Shown in pieces: positions 1-19,205 of a stretch of 64,000 nt of DNA. The notes beneath the pieces are model-generated. The model was not told the DNA's origin. It ran no database searches and saw only the letters and a list, made by a program, of their open reading frames with translations. This stretch comes from the human T2T-CHM13v2.0 reference genome, Homo sapiens. Within the stretch, counting starts at the first letter, position 1. The number at the start of each line of letters is the position of its first letter. The stretch is taken from assembly GCF_009914755.1 (NCBI RefSeq), contig NC_060948.1. One strand, written 5' to 3'. The position numbers and the translations under genes are program-made.

Positions 1-435
1 TAAATAACATATTTTGAAAGCCTTAACTAGTAATTTGAAGAGTTGGCATTTGAAAGGCCAGTATGAATATACCTTCAAAGCAGCAACACAGGTTCCCCAT
101 GAGAAAAAGCAAACACAGGGAAAATAAAAACACAAAGGTTCAATCTCTTCTGACCTTTGAAAGACACAGCACAGACAGTGGTCCTTAGGACGAAGAGCAG
201 GAGACCCCTAATTCCGTCACCATGGTGATAGGGCATAAACATTGCTGGGTGAGGGCACAATCCACATTGTGAGGTCCAACTGCTGCCAGGAAGACAGGAG
301 TGCTTTTACATAGACCGAAAGGTCATTGAAGGCTCAGAGTTTTGTTTCAAGAACTGAATCCCAAGCCCACACGTTATTAGGCTGCGCTTCTTAAAACAAG
401 TTATGAGATGGGAAAAAGGGCACCCACAAACATAC
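1..435. repeat. HSATI-like segment, partial (left part cut by window edge)
   Basis: Mixed-composition sequence matching 2421-2855; ends where the AT-rich tract begins after GGGCACCCACAAACATACG. Name assigned from the known DYZ2 architecture. Confidence 0.75.
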
Positions 436-2282
<1,847 letters not shown>

Positions 2283-2855
2283 AGATCCATATTTTTTAAA
2301 TGAAAAAAAATTTCAAAGGTACTCTGCTTGGTACAATAATCAAATGTATAAACTGAGGAATAAAACATAACCATGAAACCTACTTATAACTGCATATGGA
2401 AAATACAGAGGATAATTTTTTAAATAACATATTTTGAAAGCCTTAACTAGTAATTTGAAGAGTTGGCATTTGAAAGGCCAGTATGAATATACCTTCAAAG
2501 CAGCAACACAGGTTCCCCATGAGAAAAATCAAACACAGGGAAAATAAAAACACAAAGGTTCAATCTCTTCTGACCTTTGAAAGACACAGCACAGACAGTG
2601 GTCCTTAGGACGAAGAGCAGGAGACCCCTAATTCCGTCACCATGGCGATAGGGCATAAACATTGCTGGGTGAGGGCACAATCCACATTGTGAGGTCCAAC
2701 TGCTGCCAGGAAGACAGTAGTGCTTTTACATAGACCGAAAGGTCATTGAAGGCTCAGAGTTTTGTTTCAAGAACTGAATCCCAAGCCCACAAGTTATTAG
2801 GCTGCGCTTCTTAAAACAAGTTATGAGATGGGAAAAAGGGCACCCACAAACATAC
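2283..2855. repeat. HSATI-like segment, first complete copy (recurs from about S-138 to S+435 around every unit start S)
   Basis: About 570 bp non-Alu, non-low-complexity segment between the Alu 5' end and the AT-rich tract. Family name comes from the established DYZ2 composition; boundaries are approximate. Confidence 0.75.
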
Positions 2856-4385
2856 GTATACATTATGTATATAATAATATACAGTATCATTTATATAATA
2901 TATATAACCTATGTATAATATTGTTTTACATCCGGCATCTTATGTTATATATATTGTATAAAATATAATAATTGATAATATATAAGTTTTATATTTATAC
3001 AATATGACATATAGTATATATTATAATTTATGACATATATAATATATGTTATATATCATATATAGAATATATTATACGGTTAATATACGTATTAAATATA
3101 AATTATACATTATATATATTATATATAATATATCTGTTATATATAATACCCATCATGCATAATATATATATTATGTCTATTTTATATATAGTATAAAACA
3201 ACATATAATAATATATAATTGTATATATAAAATGCGACATATAATATATATTATATTTTATAACATATGTAATATATATTATATATTATATATAATACGT
3301 TGTATGTATAATACCTATATTAAATATATATTATATGACTATGTTATTAATTGCATGTCACATGTGTTATATATTATATATTTTACATAGAATATACCGG
3401 TTACATACAATATATACTATGTTACCTATAATGTATAATTTATTACATGTAAAATAAAGAATGCAATATATTATGTATAATTTATAATATACAATATGTG
3501 GAATGTGATATATGTAACATATAATACATGATATATGATATACAGTATATGATATATAACATACAATATATTATTCCTAATATATATGGTATACAATATA
3601 TATTTTATGATATGTATTCTATATGTTTTATATTCTGTTATATATAACTATTTGAAATTATATATAACTGTATAATATTTTATGTAAATATGTAATGTAA
3701 TATATAACTATATAATATATTATATATAACTATATATTATGTTATATATACTTTTATAACATAATTTACATAAAATATCATAATATAATATATATTATAT
3801 TATTTCATATTACATAATATATATTACATATCAACCAATATAACTAACATACATAATATTATAATATAGATTATATTATGTTATATTAAATATCATATAT
3901 ATCATGTATCATATATTCTATAATATATATTACACATTATATAATATGTATGTTGTCTATTATGTGATATATATAACTATATATATAATTATATTTTTAT
4001 ACATATAACTAGATAAACATGTAATTCTACATATTTTCATTTATAATATGTAGAATTATATAATCATATATAATTATTTATATTCTATAAAAAATTTTAT
4101 CATTATATAAATTATAATATATAAAAATTATAATATGTACTACAAATATATATATTATATATCATATATGATATAGTACCTTTGTTATATATCATAATAC
4201 ATATAAATGTGTATTATGTTATCTATAATTATATAATTTCATATATAAGATGTATAATATGTATCATATATTATATATGTTATGTAATATATATGGTATA
4301 TATAAGATGACACAGGATAAATATTATATACTATGACATATAAAATATATGAGGTTATATGTTACATATAAGGCATAGCACATAA

Positions 4386-4700
<315 letters not shown>

Positions 4701-6828
4701 AGATCCGTATTTTTTAAATGAAAAAAAATTTCAAAGGTACTCTGCTTGGTACAATAATCAAATGTATAAACTGAGGAATAAAACATAACCATGAAACCTA
4801 CTTATAACTGCATATGGAAAATACAGAGGATAATTTTTTAAATAACATATTTTGAAAGCCTTAACTAGTAATTTGAAGAGTTGGCATTTGAAAGGCCAGT
4901 ATGAATATACCTTCAAAGCAGCAACACAGGTTCCCCATGAGAAAAAGCAAACACAGGGAAAATAAAAACACAAAGGTTCAATCTCTTCTGACCTTTGAAA
5001 GACACAGCACAGACAGTGGTCCTTAGGACGAAGAGCAGGAGACCCCTAATTCCGTCACCATGGCGATACGGCATAAACATTGCTGGGTGAGGGCACAATC
5101 CACATTGTGAGGTCCAACTGCTGCCAGGAAGACAGGAGTGCTTTTACATAGACCGAAAGGTCATTGAAGGCTCAGAGTTTTGTTTCAAGAACTGAATCCC
5201 AAGCCCACACGTTATTAGGCTGCGCTTCTTAAAACAAGTTATGAGATGGGAAAAAGGGCACCCACAAACATACGTATACATTATGTATATAATAATATAC
5301 AGTATCATATATATAATATATATAACCTATGTATAATATTGTTTTACATCCTGCATCTTATGTTATATATATTGTATAAAATATAATAATTGATAATATA
5401 TAAGTTTTATAATTATACAATATGACATATAGTATATATTATAATTTATGACATATATAATATATGTTATATATCATATATAGAATATATTATATGGTTA
5501 ATATACGTATTAACTATAAATTATACATTATATATATTATATATAATATATCTGTTATATATAATACCCATTATGCATAATATATATATTATGTCTATGT
5601 TATATATGGTATAAAACAACATATAATAATATATAATTGTATATATAAAATGCGACATATAATATATATTATATTTTATAACATATGTAATATATATTAT
5701 ATATTATATATAATACGTTGTATGTATAATACCTATATTAAATATATATTATATGACTATGTTATTAATTACATGTCACATGTGTTATATATTATATATT
5801 TTACATAGAATATACCGGTTACATACAATATATACTATGTTACCTATAATGTATAATTGATTACATGTAAAATAAAGAATGAAATATATTATGTATGATT
5901 TATAATATACAATACGTGGAATGTGATATATATAACATATAATATATGATATATGATATACAGTATATGATATATAACATACAATATATGATTCCTAATA
6001 TATATGGTATACAATATATATTTTATGATATGTATTCTATATATTTTATATTCTGTTATATATTACTATTTGAAATTATATATAACTGTATAATATTTTA
6101 TGTAAATATGTAATATAATATATATAACTATATAATATATTATATATAACTATATATTATGTTATATATACTTTTATAACATAATTTACATAAAATATCA
6201 TAATATAATATATATTATATTATTTCATATTACATAATATATATTACATATCACCCAATATAACTAACATACATAATATTATAATATACATTATATTATG
6301 TTATATTAAATATCATATATATCATGTATCATATATTCTATAATATATATTACACATTATATAATATGCATGTTGTCTATTATGTGATATATATAACTAT
6401 ATATATAATTATATTTTTATACATATAACTAGATAAACATGTAATTCTACATATTTTCATTTATAATATGTAGAATTATATAATCATATATAATTATTTA
6501 TATTCTATAAAAAATTTTATCATTATATAAATTATAATATATAAAAATTATAATATGTACTACAAATATATATATTATATATCATATATGATATAGTACC
6601 TTTGTTATATATCATAATACATATAAATGTGTATTATGTTATCTATAATTATATAATTTCATATATAAGATGTATAATATGTATCATATATTATATATGT
6701 TATGTAATATATATAGTATATATAAGATGACACAGGATAAATATTATATACTATGACATATAAAATATATGAGGTTATATGTTACATATAAGGCATAGCA
6801 CATAACATTTAATATATATCATATATAA

Positions 6829-7120
<292 letters not shown>

Positions 7121-9247
7121 AGATCCATATTTTTTAAATGAAAAAAAATTTCAAAGGTACTCTGCTTGGTACAATAATCAAATGTATAAACTGAGGAATA
7201 AAACATAACCATGAAACCTACTTATAACTGCATATGGAAAATACAGAGGATAATTTTTTAAATAACATATTTTGAAAGCCTTAACTAGTAATTTGAAGAG
7301 TTGGCATTTGAAAGGCCAGTATGAATATACCTTCAAAGCAGCAACACAGGTTCCCCATGAGAAAAAGCAAACACAGGGAAAATAAAAACACAAAGGTTCA
7401 ATCTCTTCTGACCTTTGAAAGACACAGCACAGACAGTGGTCCTTAGGACGAAGAGCAGGAGACCCCTAATTCCGTCACCATGGCGATAGGGCATAAACAT
7501 TGCTGGGTGAGGGCACAATCCACATTGTGAGGTCCAACTGCTGCCAGGAAGACAGGAGTGCTTTTACATAGACCGAAAGGTCATTGAAGGCTCAGAGTTT
7601 TGTTTCAAGAACTGAATCCCAAGCCCACACGTTATTAGGCTGCGCTTCTTAAAACAAGTTATGAGATGGGAAAAAGGGCACCCACAAACATATGTATACA
7701 TTATGTATATAATAATATACAGTATCATATATATAATATATATAACCTATGTATAATATTGTTTTACATCCTGCATCTTATGTTATATATATTGTATAAA
7801 ATATAATAATTGATAATATATAACTTTTATAATTATACAATATGACATATAGTATATATTATAATTTATGACATATATAATATATGTTATATGTCACATA
7901 TAGAATATATTATACGGTTAATATACGTATTAAATATAAATTATACATTATATATATTATATATAATATATCTGTTATATATAATACCCATTATGCATAA
8001 TATATATATTATGTCTATGTTATATATAGTATAAAACAACATATAATAATATATAATTGTATATATAAAATGCGACATATAATATATATTATATTTTATA
8101 ACATATGTAATATATATTATATATTATATATAATACGTTGTATGTATATACCTATATTAAATATATATTATATGACTATGTTATTAATTACATGTCACAT
8201 GTGTTATATATTATATATTTTACATAGAATATACCAGTTACATACAATATATACTATGTTACCTATAATGTATAATTTATTACATGTAAAATAAAGAATG
8301 CAATATATTATGTATAATTTATAATGTACCATATGTGGAATGTGATATATATAACATATAATATATGATATATGATGTACAGTATATGATATATAACATA
8401 CAATATATGATTCCTAATATATATGGTATACAATATATATTTTATGATATGTATTCTATATGTTTTATATTCTGTTATATATAACTATTTGAAATTATAT
8501 ATAACTGTATAATATTTTATGTAAATATGTAATATAATATATATAACTACATAATATATTATATATAACTATATATTATGTTATATATACTTTTATAACA
8601 TAATTTACATAAAATATCATAATATAATATATATTATATTATTTCATATTACATAATATATATTACATATCACCCAATATAACTAACATACATAATATTA
8701 TAATATACATTATATTATGTTATATTAAATATCATATATATCATGTATCATATATTCTATAATATATATTACACATTATATAATATGCATGTTGTCTATT
8801 ATGTGATATATATAACTATATATATAATTATATTTTTATACATATAACTAGATAAACATGTAATTCTACATATTTTCATTTATAATATGTAGAATTATAT
8901 AATCATATATAATTATTTATATTCTATAAAAAATTTTATCATTATATAAATTATAATATATAAAAATTATAATATGTACTACAAATATATATATTATATA
9001 TCATATATGATATAGTACCTTTGTTATATATCATAATACATATAAATGTGTATTATGTTATCTATAATTATATAATTTCATATATAAGATGTATAATATG
9101 TATCATATATTATATATGTTATGTAATATATATAGTATATATAAGATGACACAGGATAAATATTATATACTATGACATATAAAATATATGAGGTTATATG
9201 TTACATATAAGGCATAGCACATAACATGTAATATGTATCATATATAA

Positions 9248-9539
9248 TTTTTTTTTAGAAAGAATCTTGTCCTGTTGCACAGGGTGGGGTACAATGGCGC
9301 CATCTTTGCTCACTGCAACTTCTGCCTCACGGGTCCAAGCGATTGTCTTCCCTCAGCCTCCCAGGTAGCTGGGACTACACCACACTTGGACTACACCAGC
9401 TGCCACCATGCCTAGCTAATTTTTTGGATTTTTAGTAGTGACAGCGTTTCACTGTATTGGCCAGGATGGTCTTGATCTCTTCACCTTGTGATCCCCTTGC
9501 CTTGGCCTCCAAATTTGCTGGGATTACAGGCCTGAGCCA
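9248..9539 (-). mobile_element. Diverged Alu, unit 4
   Basis: Tandem copy of 1991-2282. Confidence 0.95.
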
Positions 9540-11667
9540 AGATCCATATTTTTTAAATGAAAAAAAATTTCAAAGGTACTCTGCTTGGTACAATAATCAA
9601 ATGTATAAACTGAGGAATAAAACATAACCATGAAACCTACTTATAACTGCATATGGAAAATACAGAGGATAATTTTTTAAATAACATATTTTGAAAGCCT
9701 TAACTAGTAATTTGAAGAGTTGGCATTTGAAAGGCCAGTATGAATATACCTTCAAAGCAGCAACACAGGTTCCCCATGAGAAAAAGCAAACACAGGGAAA
9801 ATAAAAACACAAAGGTTCAATCTCTTCTGACCTTTGAAAGACACAGCACAGACAGTGGTCCTTAGGACGAAGAGCAGGAGACCCCTAATTCCGTCACCAT
9901 GGCGATACGGCATAAACATTGCTGGGTGAGGGCACAATCCACATTGTGAGGTCCAACTGCTGCCAGGAAGACAGGAGTGCTTTTACATAGACCGAAAGGT
10001 CATTGAAGGCTCAGAGTTTTGTTTCAAGAACTGAATCCCAAGCCCACACGTTATTAGGCTGCGCTTCTTAAAACAAGTTTTGAGATGGGAAAAAGGGCAC
10101 CCACAAACATATGTATACATTATGTATATAATAATATACAGTATCATATATATAATATATATAACCTATGTATAATATTGTTTTACATCCTGCATCTTAT
10201 GTTATATATATTGTATAAAATATAATAATTGATAATATATAAGTTTTATAATTATACAATATGATATATAGTATATATTATAATTTATGACATATATAAT
10301 ATATGTTATATGTCACATATAGAATATATTATACGGTTAATATACGTATTAAATATAAATTATACATTATATATATTATATATAATATATCTGTTATATA
10401 TAATACCCATTATGCATAATATATATATTATGTCTATGTTATATATAGTATAAAACAACATATAATAATATATAATTGTATATATAAAATGCGACATATA
10501 ATATATATTATATTTTATAACATATGTAATATATATTATATATTATATATAATACGTTGTATGTATAATACCTATATTAAATATATATTATATGACTATG
10601 TTATTAATTACATGTCACATGTGTTATATATTATATATTTTACATAGAATATACCGGTTACATACAATATATACTATGTTACCTATAATGTATAATTTAT
10701 TACATGTAAAATAAAGAATGCAATATATTATGTATAATTTATAATGTACCATATGTGGAATGTGATATATATAACATATAATATATGATATATGATGTAC
10801 AGTATATGATATATAACATACAATATATGATTCCTAATATATATGGTATACAATATATATTTTATGATATGTATTCTATATGTTTTATATTCTGTTATAT
10901 ATAACTATTTGAAATTATATATAACTGTATAATATTTTATGTAAATATGTAATATAATATATATAACTATATAATATATTATATATAACTATATATTATG
11001 TTATATATACTTTTATAACATAATTTACATAAAATATCATAATATAATATATATTATATTATTTCATATTACATAATATATATTACATATCACCCAATAT
11101 AACTAACATACATAATATTATAATATACATTATATTATGTTATATTAAATATCATATATATCATGTATCATATATTCTATAATATATATTACACATTATA
11201 TAATATGCATGTTGTCTATTATGTGATATATATAACTATATATATAATTATATTTTTATACATATAACTAGATAAACATGTAATTCTACATATTTTCATT
11301 TATAATATGTAGAATTATATAATCATATATAATTCTTTATATTCTATAAAAAATTTTATCATTATATAAATTATAATATATAAAAATTATAATATGTACT
11401 ACAAATATATATATTATATATCATATATGATATAGTACCTTTGTTATATATCATAATACATATAAATGTGTATTATGTTATCTATAATTATATAATTTCA
11501 TATATAAGATGTATAATATGTATCATATATTATATATGTTATGTAATATATATAGTATATATAAGATGACACAGGATAAATATTATATACTATGACATAT
11601 AAAATATATGAGGTTATATGTTACATATAAGGCATAGCACATAACATGTAATATGTATCATATATAA

Positions 11668-11959
11668 TTTTTTTTTAGACAGAATCTTGTCCTGTTGCAC
11701 AGGGTGGGGTACAATGGCGCCATCTTTGCTCACTGCAACTTCTGCCTCACGGGTCCAAGCGATTGTCTTCCCTCAGCCTCCCAGGTAGCTGGGACTACAC
11801 CACACTGGGACTACACCAGCTGCCACCATGCCTAGCTAATTTTTTGGATTTTTAGTAGTGACAGCGTTTCACTGTATTGGCCAGGATGGTCTTGATCTCT
11901 TCACCTTGTGATCCCCTTGCCTTGGCCTCCAAATTTGCTGGGATTACAGGCCTGAGCCA
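11668..11959 (-). mobile_element. Diverged Alu, unit 5
   Basis: Tandem copy of 1991-2282. Confidence 0.95.
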
Positions 11960-14064
11960 AGATCCATATTTTTTAAATGAAAAAAAATTTCAAAAGTACT
12001 CTGCTTGGTACAATAATCAAATGTATAAACTGAGGAATAAAACATAACCATGAAACCTACTTATAACTGCATATGGAAAATACAGAGGATAATTTTTTAA
12101 ATAACATATTTTGAAAGCCTTAACTAGTAATTTGAAGAGTTGGCATTTGAAAGGCCAGTATGAATATACCTTCAAAGCAGCAACACAGGTTCCCCATGAG
12201 AAAAAGCAAACACAGGGAAAATAAAAACACAAAGGTTCAATCTCTTCTGACCTTTGAAAGACACAGCACAGACAGTGGTCCTTAGGACGAAGAGCAGGAG
12301 ACCCCTAATTCCGTCACCATGGCGATACGGCATAAACATTGCTGGGTGAGGGCACAATCCACATTGTGAGGTCCAACTGCTGCCAGGAAGACAGGAGTGC
12401 TTTTACATAGACCGAAAGGTCATTGAAGGCTCAGAGTTTTGTTTCAAGAACTGAATCCCAAGCCCACACGTTATTAGGCTGCGCTTCTTAAAACAAGTTA
12501 TGAGATGGGAAAAAGGGCACCCACAAACATACGTATACATTATGTATATAATAATATACAGTATCATATATATAATATATATAACCTATGTATAATATTG
12601 TTTTACATCCTGCATCTTATGTTATATATATTGTATAAAATATAATAATTGATAATATATAAGTTTTATAATTATACAATATGACATATAGTATATATTA
12701 TAATTTATGACATATATAATATATGTTATATATCATATATAGAATATATTATACAGTTAATATACGTATTAAATATAAATTATACATTATATATATTATA
12801 TATAATATATCTGTTATATATAATACCCATTATGCATAATATATATATTATGTCTATGTTATATATAGTATAAAACAACATATAATAATATATAATTGTA
12901 TATATAAAATGCGACATATAATATATATTATATTTTATAACATATGTAATATATATTATATATTATATATAATACGTTGTATGTATAATACCTATATTAA
13001 ATATATATTATATGACTATGTTATTAATTACATGTCACATGTGTTATATATTATATATTTTACATAGAATATACCGGTTACATACAATATATACTATGTT
13101 ACCTATAATGTATAATTTATTACATGTAAAATAAAGAATGCAATATATTATGTATAATTTATAATATACCATATGTGGAATGTGATATATATAACATATA
13201 ATATATGATATATGATGTACAGTATATGATATATAACATACAATATATGATTCCTAATATATATGGTATACAATATATATTTTATGATATGTATTCTATA
13301 TGTTTTATATTCTGTTATATATAACTATTTGAAATTATATATAACTGTATAATATTTTATGTAAATATGTAATATAATATATATAACTATATAATATATT
13401 ATATATAACTATATATTATGTTATATATACTTTTATAACATAATTTACATAAAATATCATAATATAATATATATTATATTATTTCATATTACGTAATATA
13501 TATTACATATCACCCAATATAACTAACATACATAATATTATAATATACATTATATTATGTTATATTAAATATCATATATATCATGTATCATATATTCTAT
13601 AATATATATTACACATTATATAATATGTATGTTGTCTATTATGTGATATATATAACTATATATATAATTATATTTTTATACATATAACTAGATAAACATG
13701 TAATTCTACATATTTTCATTTATAATATGTAGAATTATATAATCATATATAATTATTTATATTCTATAAAAAATTTTATCATTATATAAATTATAATATA
13801 TAAAAATTATAATATGTACTACAAATATATATATTATATATCATATATGATATAGTACCTTTGTTATATATCATAATACATATAAATGTGTATTATGTTA
13901 TCTATAATTATATAATTTCATATATAAGATGTATAATATGTATCATATATTATATATGTTATGTAATATATATAGTATATATAAGATGACACAGGATAAA
14001 TATTATATACTATGACTTATAAAATATATGAGGTTATATGTTACATATAAGGCATAGCACATAA

Positions 14065-14379
<315 letters not shown>

Positions 14380-16477
14380 AGATCCATATTTTTTAAATGA
14401 AAAAAAATTTCAAAGGTACTCTGCTTGGTAGAATAATGAAATGTATAAACTGAGGAATAAAACATAACCATGAAACCTACTTATAACTGCATATGGAAAA
14501 TACAGAGGATAATTTTTTAAATAACATATTTTGAAAGCCTTAACTAGTAATTTGAAGAGTTGGCATTTGAAAGGCCAGTATGAATATACCTTCAAAGCAG
14601 CAACACAGGTTCCCCATGAGAAAAAGCAAACACAGGGAAAATAAAAACACAAAGGTTCAATCTCTTCTGACCTTTGAAAGACACAGCACAGACAGTGGTC
14701 CTTAGGACGAAGAGCAGGAGACCCCTAATTCCGTCACCATGGCGATACGGCATAAACATTGCTGGGTGAGGGCACAATCCACATTGTGAGGTCCAACTGC
14801 TGCCAGGAAGACAGGAGTGCTTTTACATAGACCGAAAGGTCATTGAAGGCTCAGAGTTTTGTTTCAAGAACTGAATCCCAAGCCCACACGTTATTAGGCT
14901 GCGCTTCTTAAAACAAGTTATGAGATGGGAAAAAGGGCACCCACAAACATACGTATACATTATGTATATAATAATATACAGTATCATATATATAATATAT
15001 ATAACCTATGTATAATATTGTTTTACATCCTGCATCTTATGTTATATATATTGTATAAAATATAATAATTGATAATATATAAGTTTTATAATTATACAAT
15101 ATGACATATAGTATATATTATAATTTATGTCATATATAATATATGTTATATATCATATATAGAATATATTATACGGTTAATATACGTATTAAATATAAAT
15201 TATACATTATATATATTATATATAATATATCTGTTATATATAATACCCATTATGCATAATATATATATTATGTCTATGTTATATATAGTATAAAACAACA
15301 TATAATAATATATAATTGTATATATAAAATGCGACATATAATATATATTATATTTTATAACATATGTAATATGTATTATATATAATATGTTGTATGTATA
15401 ATACCTATATTAAATATATATTATATGACTATGTTATTAATTACATGTCACATGTGTTATATATTATATATTTTACATAGAATATACCGTTTACATACAA
15501 TATATACTATGTTATCTATAATGTATAATTTATTACATGTAAAATAAAGAATGCAATATATTATGTAAAATTTATAATATACAATATGTGGAATGTGATA
15601 TATATCACATATAATATATGATATATGATATACAGTATATGATATATAACATACAATATATGATTCCTAATATATATGGTATACAATATATATTTTATGA
15701 TATGTATTCTATATGTTTTATATTCTGTTATATTTAACTATTTGAAATTATATATAACTGTATAATATTTTATGTAAATATGTAATATAATATATATAAC
15801 TATATAATATATTATATATAACTATATATTATGTTATATATACTTTTATAACATAATTTACATAAAATATCATAATATAATATATATTATATTATTTCAT
15901 ATTACATAATATATATTACATATCACCCAATATAATTAACATACATAATATTATAATATAGATTATATTGTGTTATATTAAATATCATATATATCATGTA
16001 TCATATATTCTATAATATATATTACACATTATATAATATGTATGTTGTCTATTATGTGATATATATAACTATATATATAATTATATTTTTATACATATAA
16101 CTAGATAAACATGTAATTCTACATATTTTCATTTATAATATGTAGAATTATATAATCATATATAATTATTTATATTCTATAAAAAATTTTATCATTATAT
16201 AAATTATAATATATAAAAATTATAATATGTACTACAAATATATATATTATATATCATATATGATATAGTACCTTTGTTATATATCATAATACATATAAAT
16301 GTGTATTATGTTATCTATAATTATATAATTTCATATATAAGATGTATAATATGTATCATATATTATATATGTTATGTAATATATATAGTATATATCAGAT
16401 GACACAGGATAAATATTATATACTATGACATATTAAATATATGAGGTTATATGTTACATATAAGGCATAGCACATAA

Positions 16478-16792
<315 letters not shown>

Positions 16793-18890
16793 AGATCCAT
16801 ATTTTTTAAATGAAAAAAAATTTCAAAGGTACTCTGCTTGGTACAATAATCAAATGTATAAACTGAGGAATAAAACATAACCATGAAACCTACTTATAAC
16901 TGCATATGGAAAATACAGAGGATAATTTTTTAAATAACATATTTTGAAAGCCTTAACTAGTAATTTGAAGAGTTGGCATTTGAAAGGCCAGTATGAATAT
17001 ACCTTCAAAGCAGCAACACAGGTTCCCCATGAGAAAAAGCAAACACAGGGAAAATAAAAACACAAAGGTTCAATCTCTTCTGACCTTTGAAAGACACAGC
17101 ACAGACAGTGGTCCTTAGGACGAAGAGCAGGAGACCCCTAATTCCGTCACCATGGCGATAGGGCATAAACATTGCTGGGTGAGGGCACAATCCACATTGT
17201 GAGGTCCAACTGCTGCCAGGAAGACAGGAGTGCTTTTACATAGACCGAAAGGTCATTGAAGGCTCAGAGTTTTGTTTCAAGAACTGAATCCCAAGCCCAC
17301 ACGTTATTAGGCTGCGCTTCTTAAAACAAGTTATGAGATGGGAAAAAGGGCACCCACAAACATACGTATACATTATGTATATAATAATATACAGTATCAT
17401 ATATATAATATATATAACCTATGTATAATATTGTTTTACATCCTGCATCCTATGTTATATATATTGTATAAAATATAATAATTGATAATATATAAGTTTT
17501 ATAATTATACAATATGACATATAGTATATATTATAATTTATGACATATATAATATATGTTATATATCATATATAGAATATATTATACGGTTAATATACGT
17601 ATTAAATATAAATTATACATTATATATATTATATATAATATATCTGTTATATATAATACCCATTATGCATAATATATATATTATGTCTATGTTATATATA
17701 GTATAAAACAACATATAATAATATATAACTGTATATATAAAATGCGACATATAATATATATTATATTTTATGACATATGTAATATGTATTATATATAATA
17801 TGTTGTATGTATAATACCTATATTAAATATATATTATATGACTATGTTATTAATTACATGTCACATGTGTTATATATTATATATTTTACATAGAATATAC
17901 CGGTTACATACAATATATACTATGTTACCTATAATGTATAATTTATTACATGTAAAATAAAGAATGCAATATATTATGTAAAATTTATAATATACAATAT
18001 GTGGAATGTGATATATATAACATATAATATATGATATATGATATACAGTATATGATATATAACATACAATATATGATTCCTAATATATATGGTATACAAT
18101 ATATATTTTATGATATGTATTCTATATGTTTTATATTCTGTTATATATAACTATTTGAAATTATATATAACTGTATAATATTTTATGTAAATATGTAATA
18201 TAATATATATAACTATATAATATATTATATATAACTATATATTATGTTATATATACTTTTATAACATAATTTACATAAAATATCATAATATAATATATAT
18301 TATATTATTTCATATTACATAATATATATTACATATCACCCAATATAACTAACATACATAATATTATAATATAGATTATATTCTGTTATATTAAATATCA
18401 TATATATCATGTATCATATATTCTATAATATATATTACACATTATATAATATGTATGTTGTCTATTATGTGATATATATAAATATATATATAATTATATT
18501 TTTATACATATAACTAGATAAACATGTAATTCTACATATTTTCATTTATAATATGTAGAATTATATAATCATATATAATTATTTATATTCTATAAAAAAT
18601 TTTATCATTATATAAATTATAATATATAAAAATTATAATATGTACTACAAATATATATATTATATATCATATATGATATAGTACCTTTGTTATATATCAT
18701 AATACATATAAATGTGTATTATGTTATCTATAATTATATAATTTCATATATAAGATGTATAATATGTATCATATATTATATATGTTATGTAATATATATA
18801 GTATATATAAGATGACACAGGATAAATATTATATACTATGACATATAAAATATATGAGGTTATATGTTACATATAAGGCATAGCACATAA

Positions 18891-19205
<315 letters not shown>

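Noticed and set aside
75-260. Recurring 61 aa minus-strand ORF (MCPHPAMF...) and overlapping 71 aa ORF (MCFYFPCV...) in nearly every unit
   Set aside because: Short, overlapping in different frames, with no recognisable domain. Identity between copies only reflects the DNA repeat, and there is no independent evidence of coding.
256-324. Small hairpins CACAAT-CCAC-ATTGTG (256-271) and GACC-GAAA-GGTC (313-324, GNRA-type loop), suggestive of a structured RNA or ribozyme
   Set aside because: Stems of only 6 and 4 bp that do not extend, no hammerhead CTGANGA/GAAA core arrangement seen, and no covariation between units; expected by chance.
8070-8294. 74 aa plus-strand ORF rich in I/Y/N/M
   Set aside because: Created by a private 1 bp deletion (~8148) in AT-rich low-complexity DNA; its composition is what TA-rich codons give by chance.
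14410-14652. 80 aa extended version of the 71 aa ORF
   Set aside because: Stop codon lost by a point substitution in a single unit; neutral variation.
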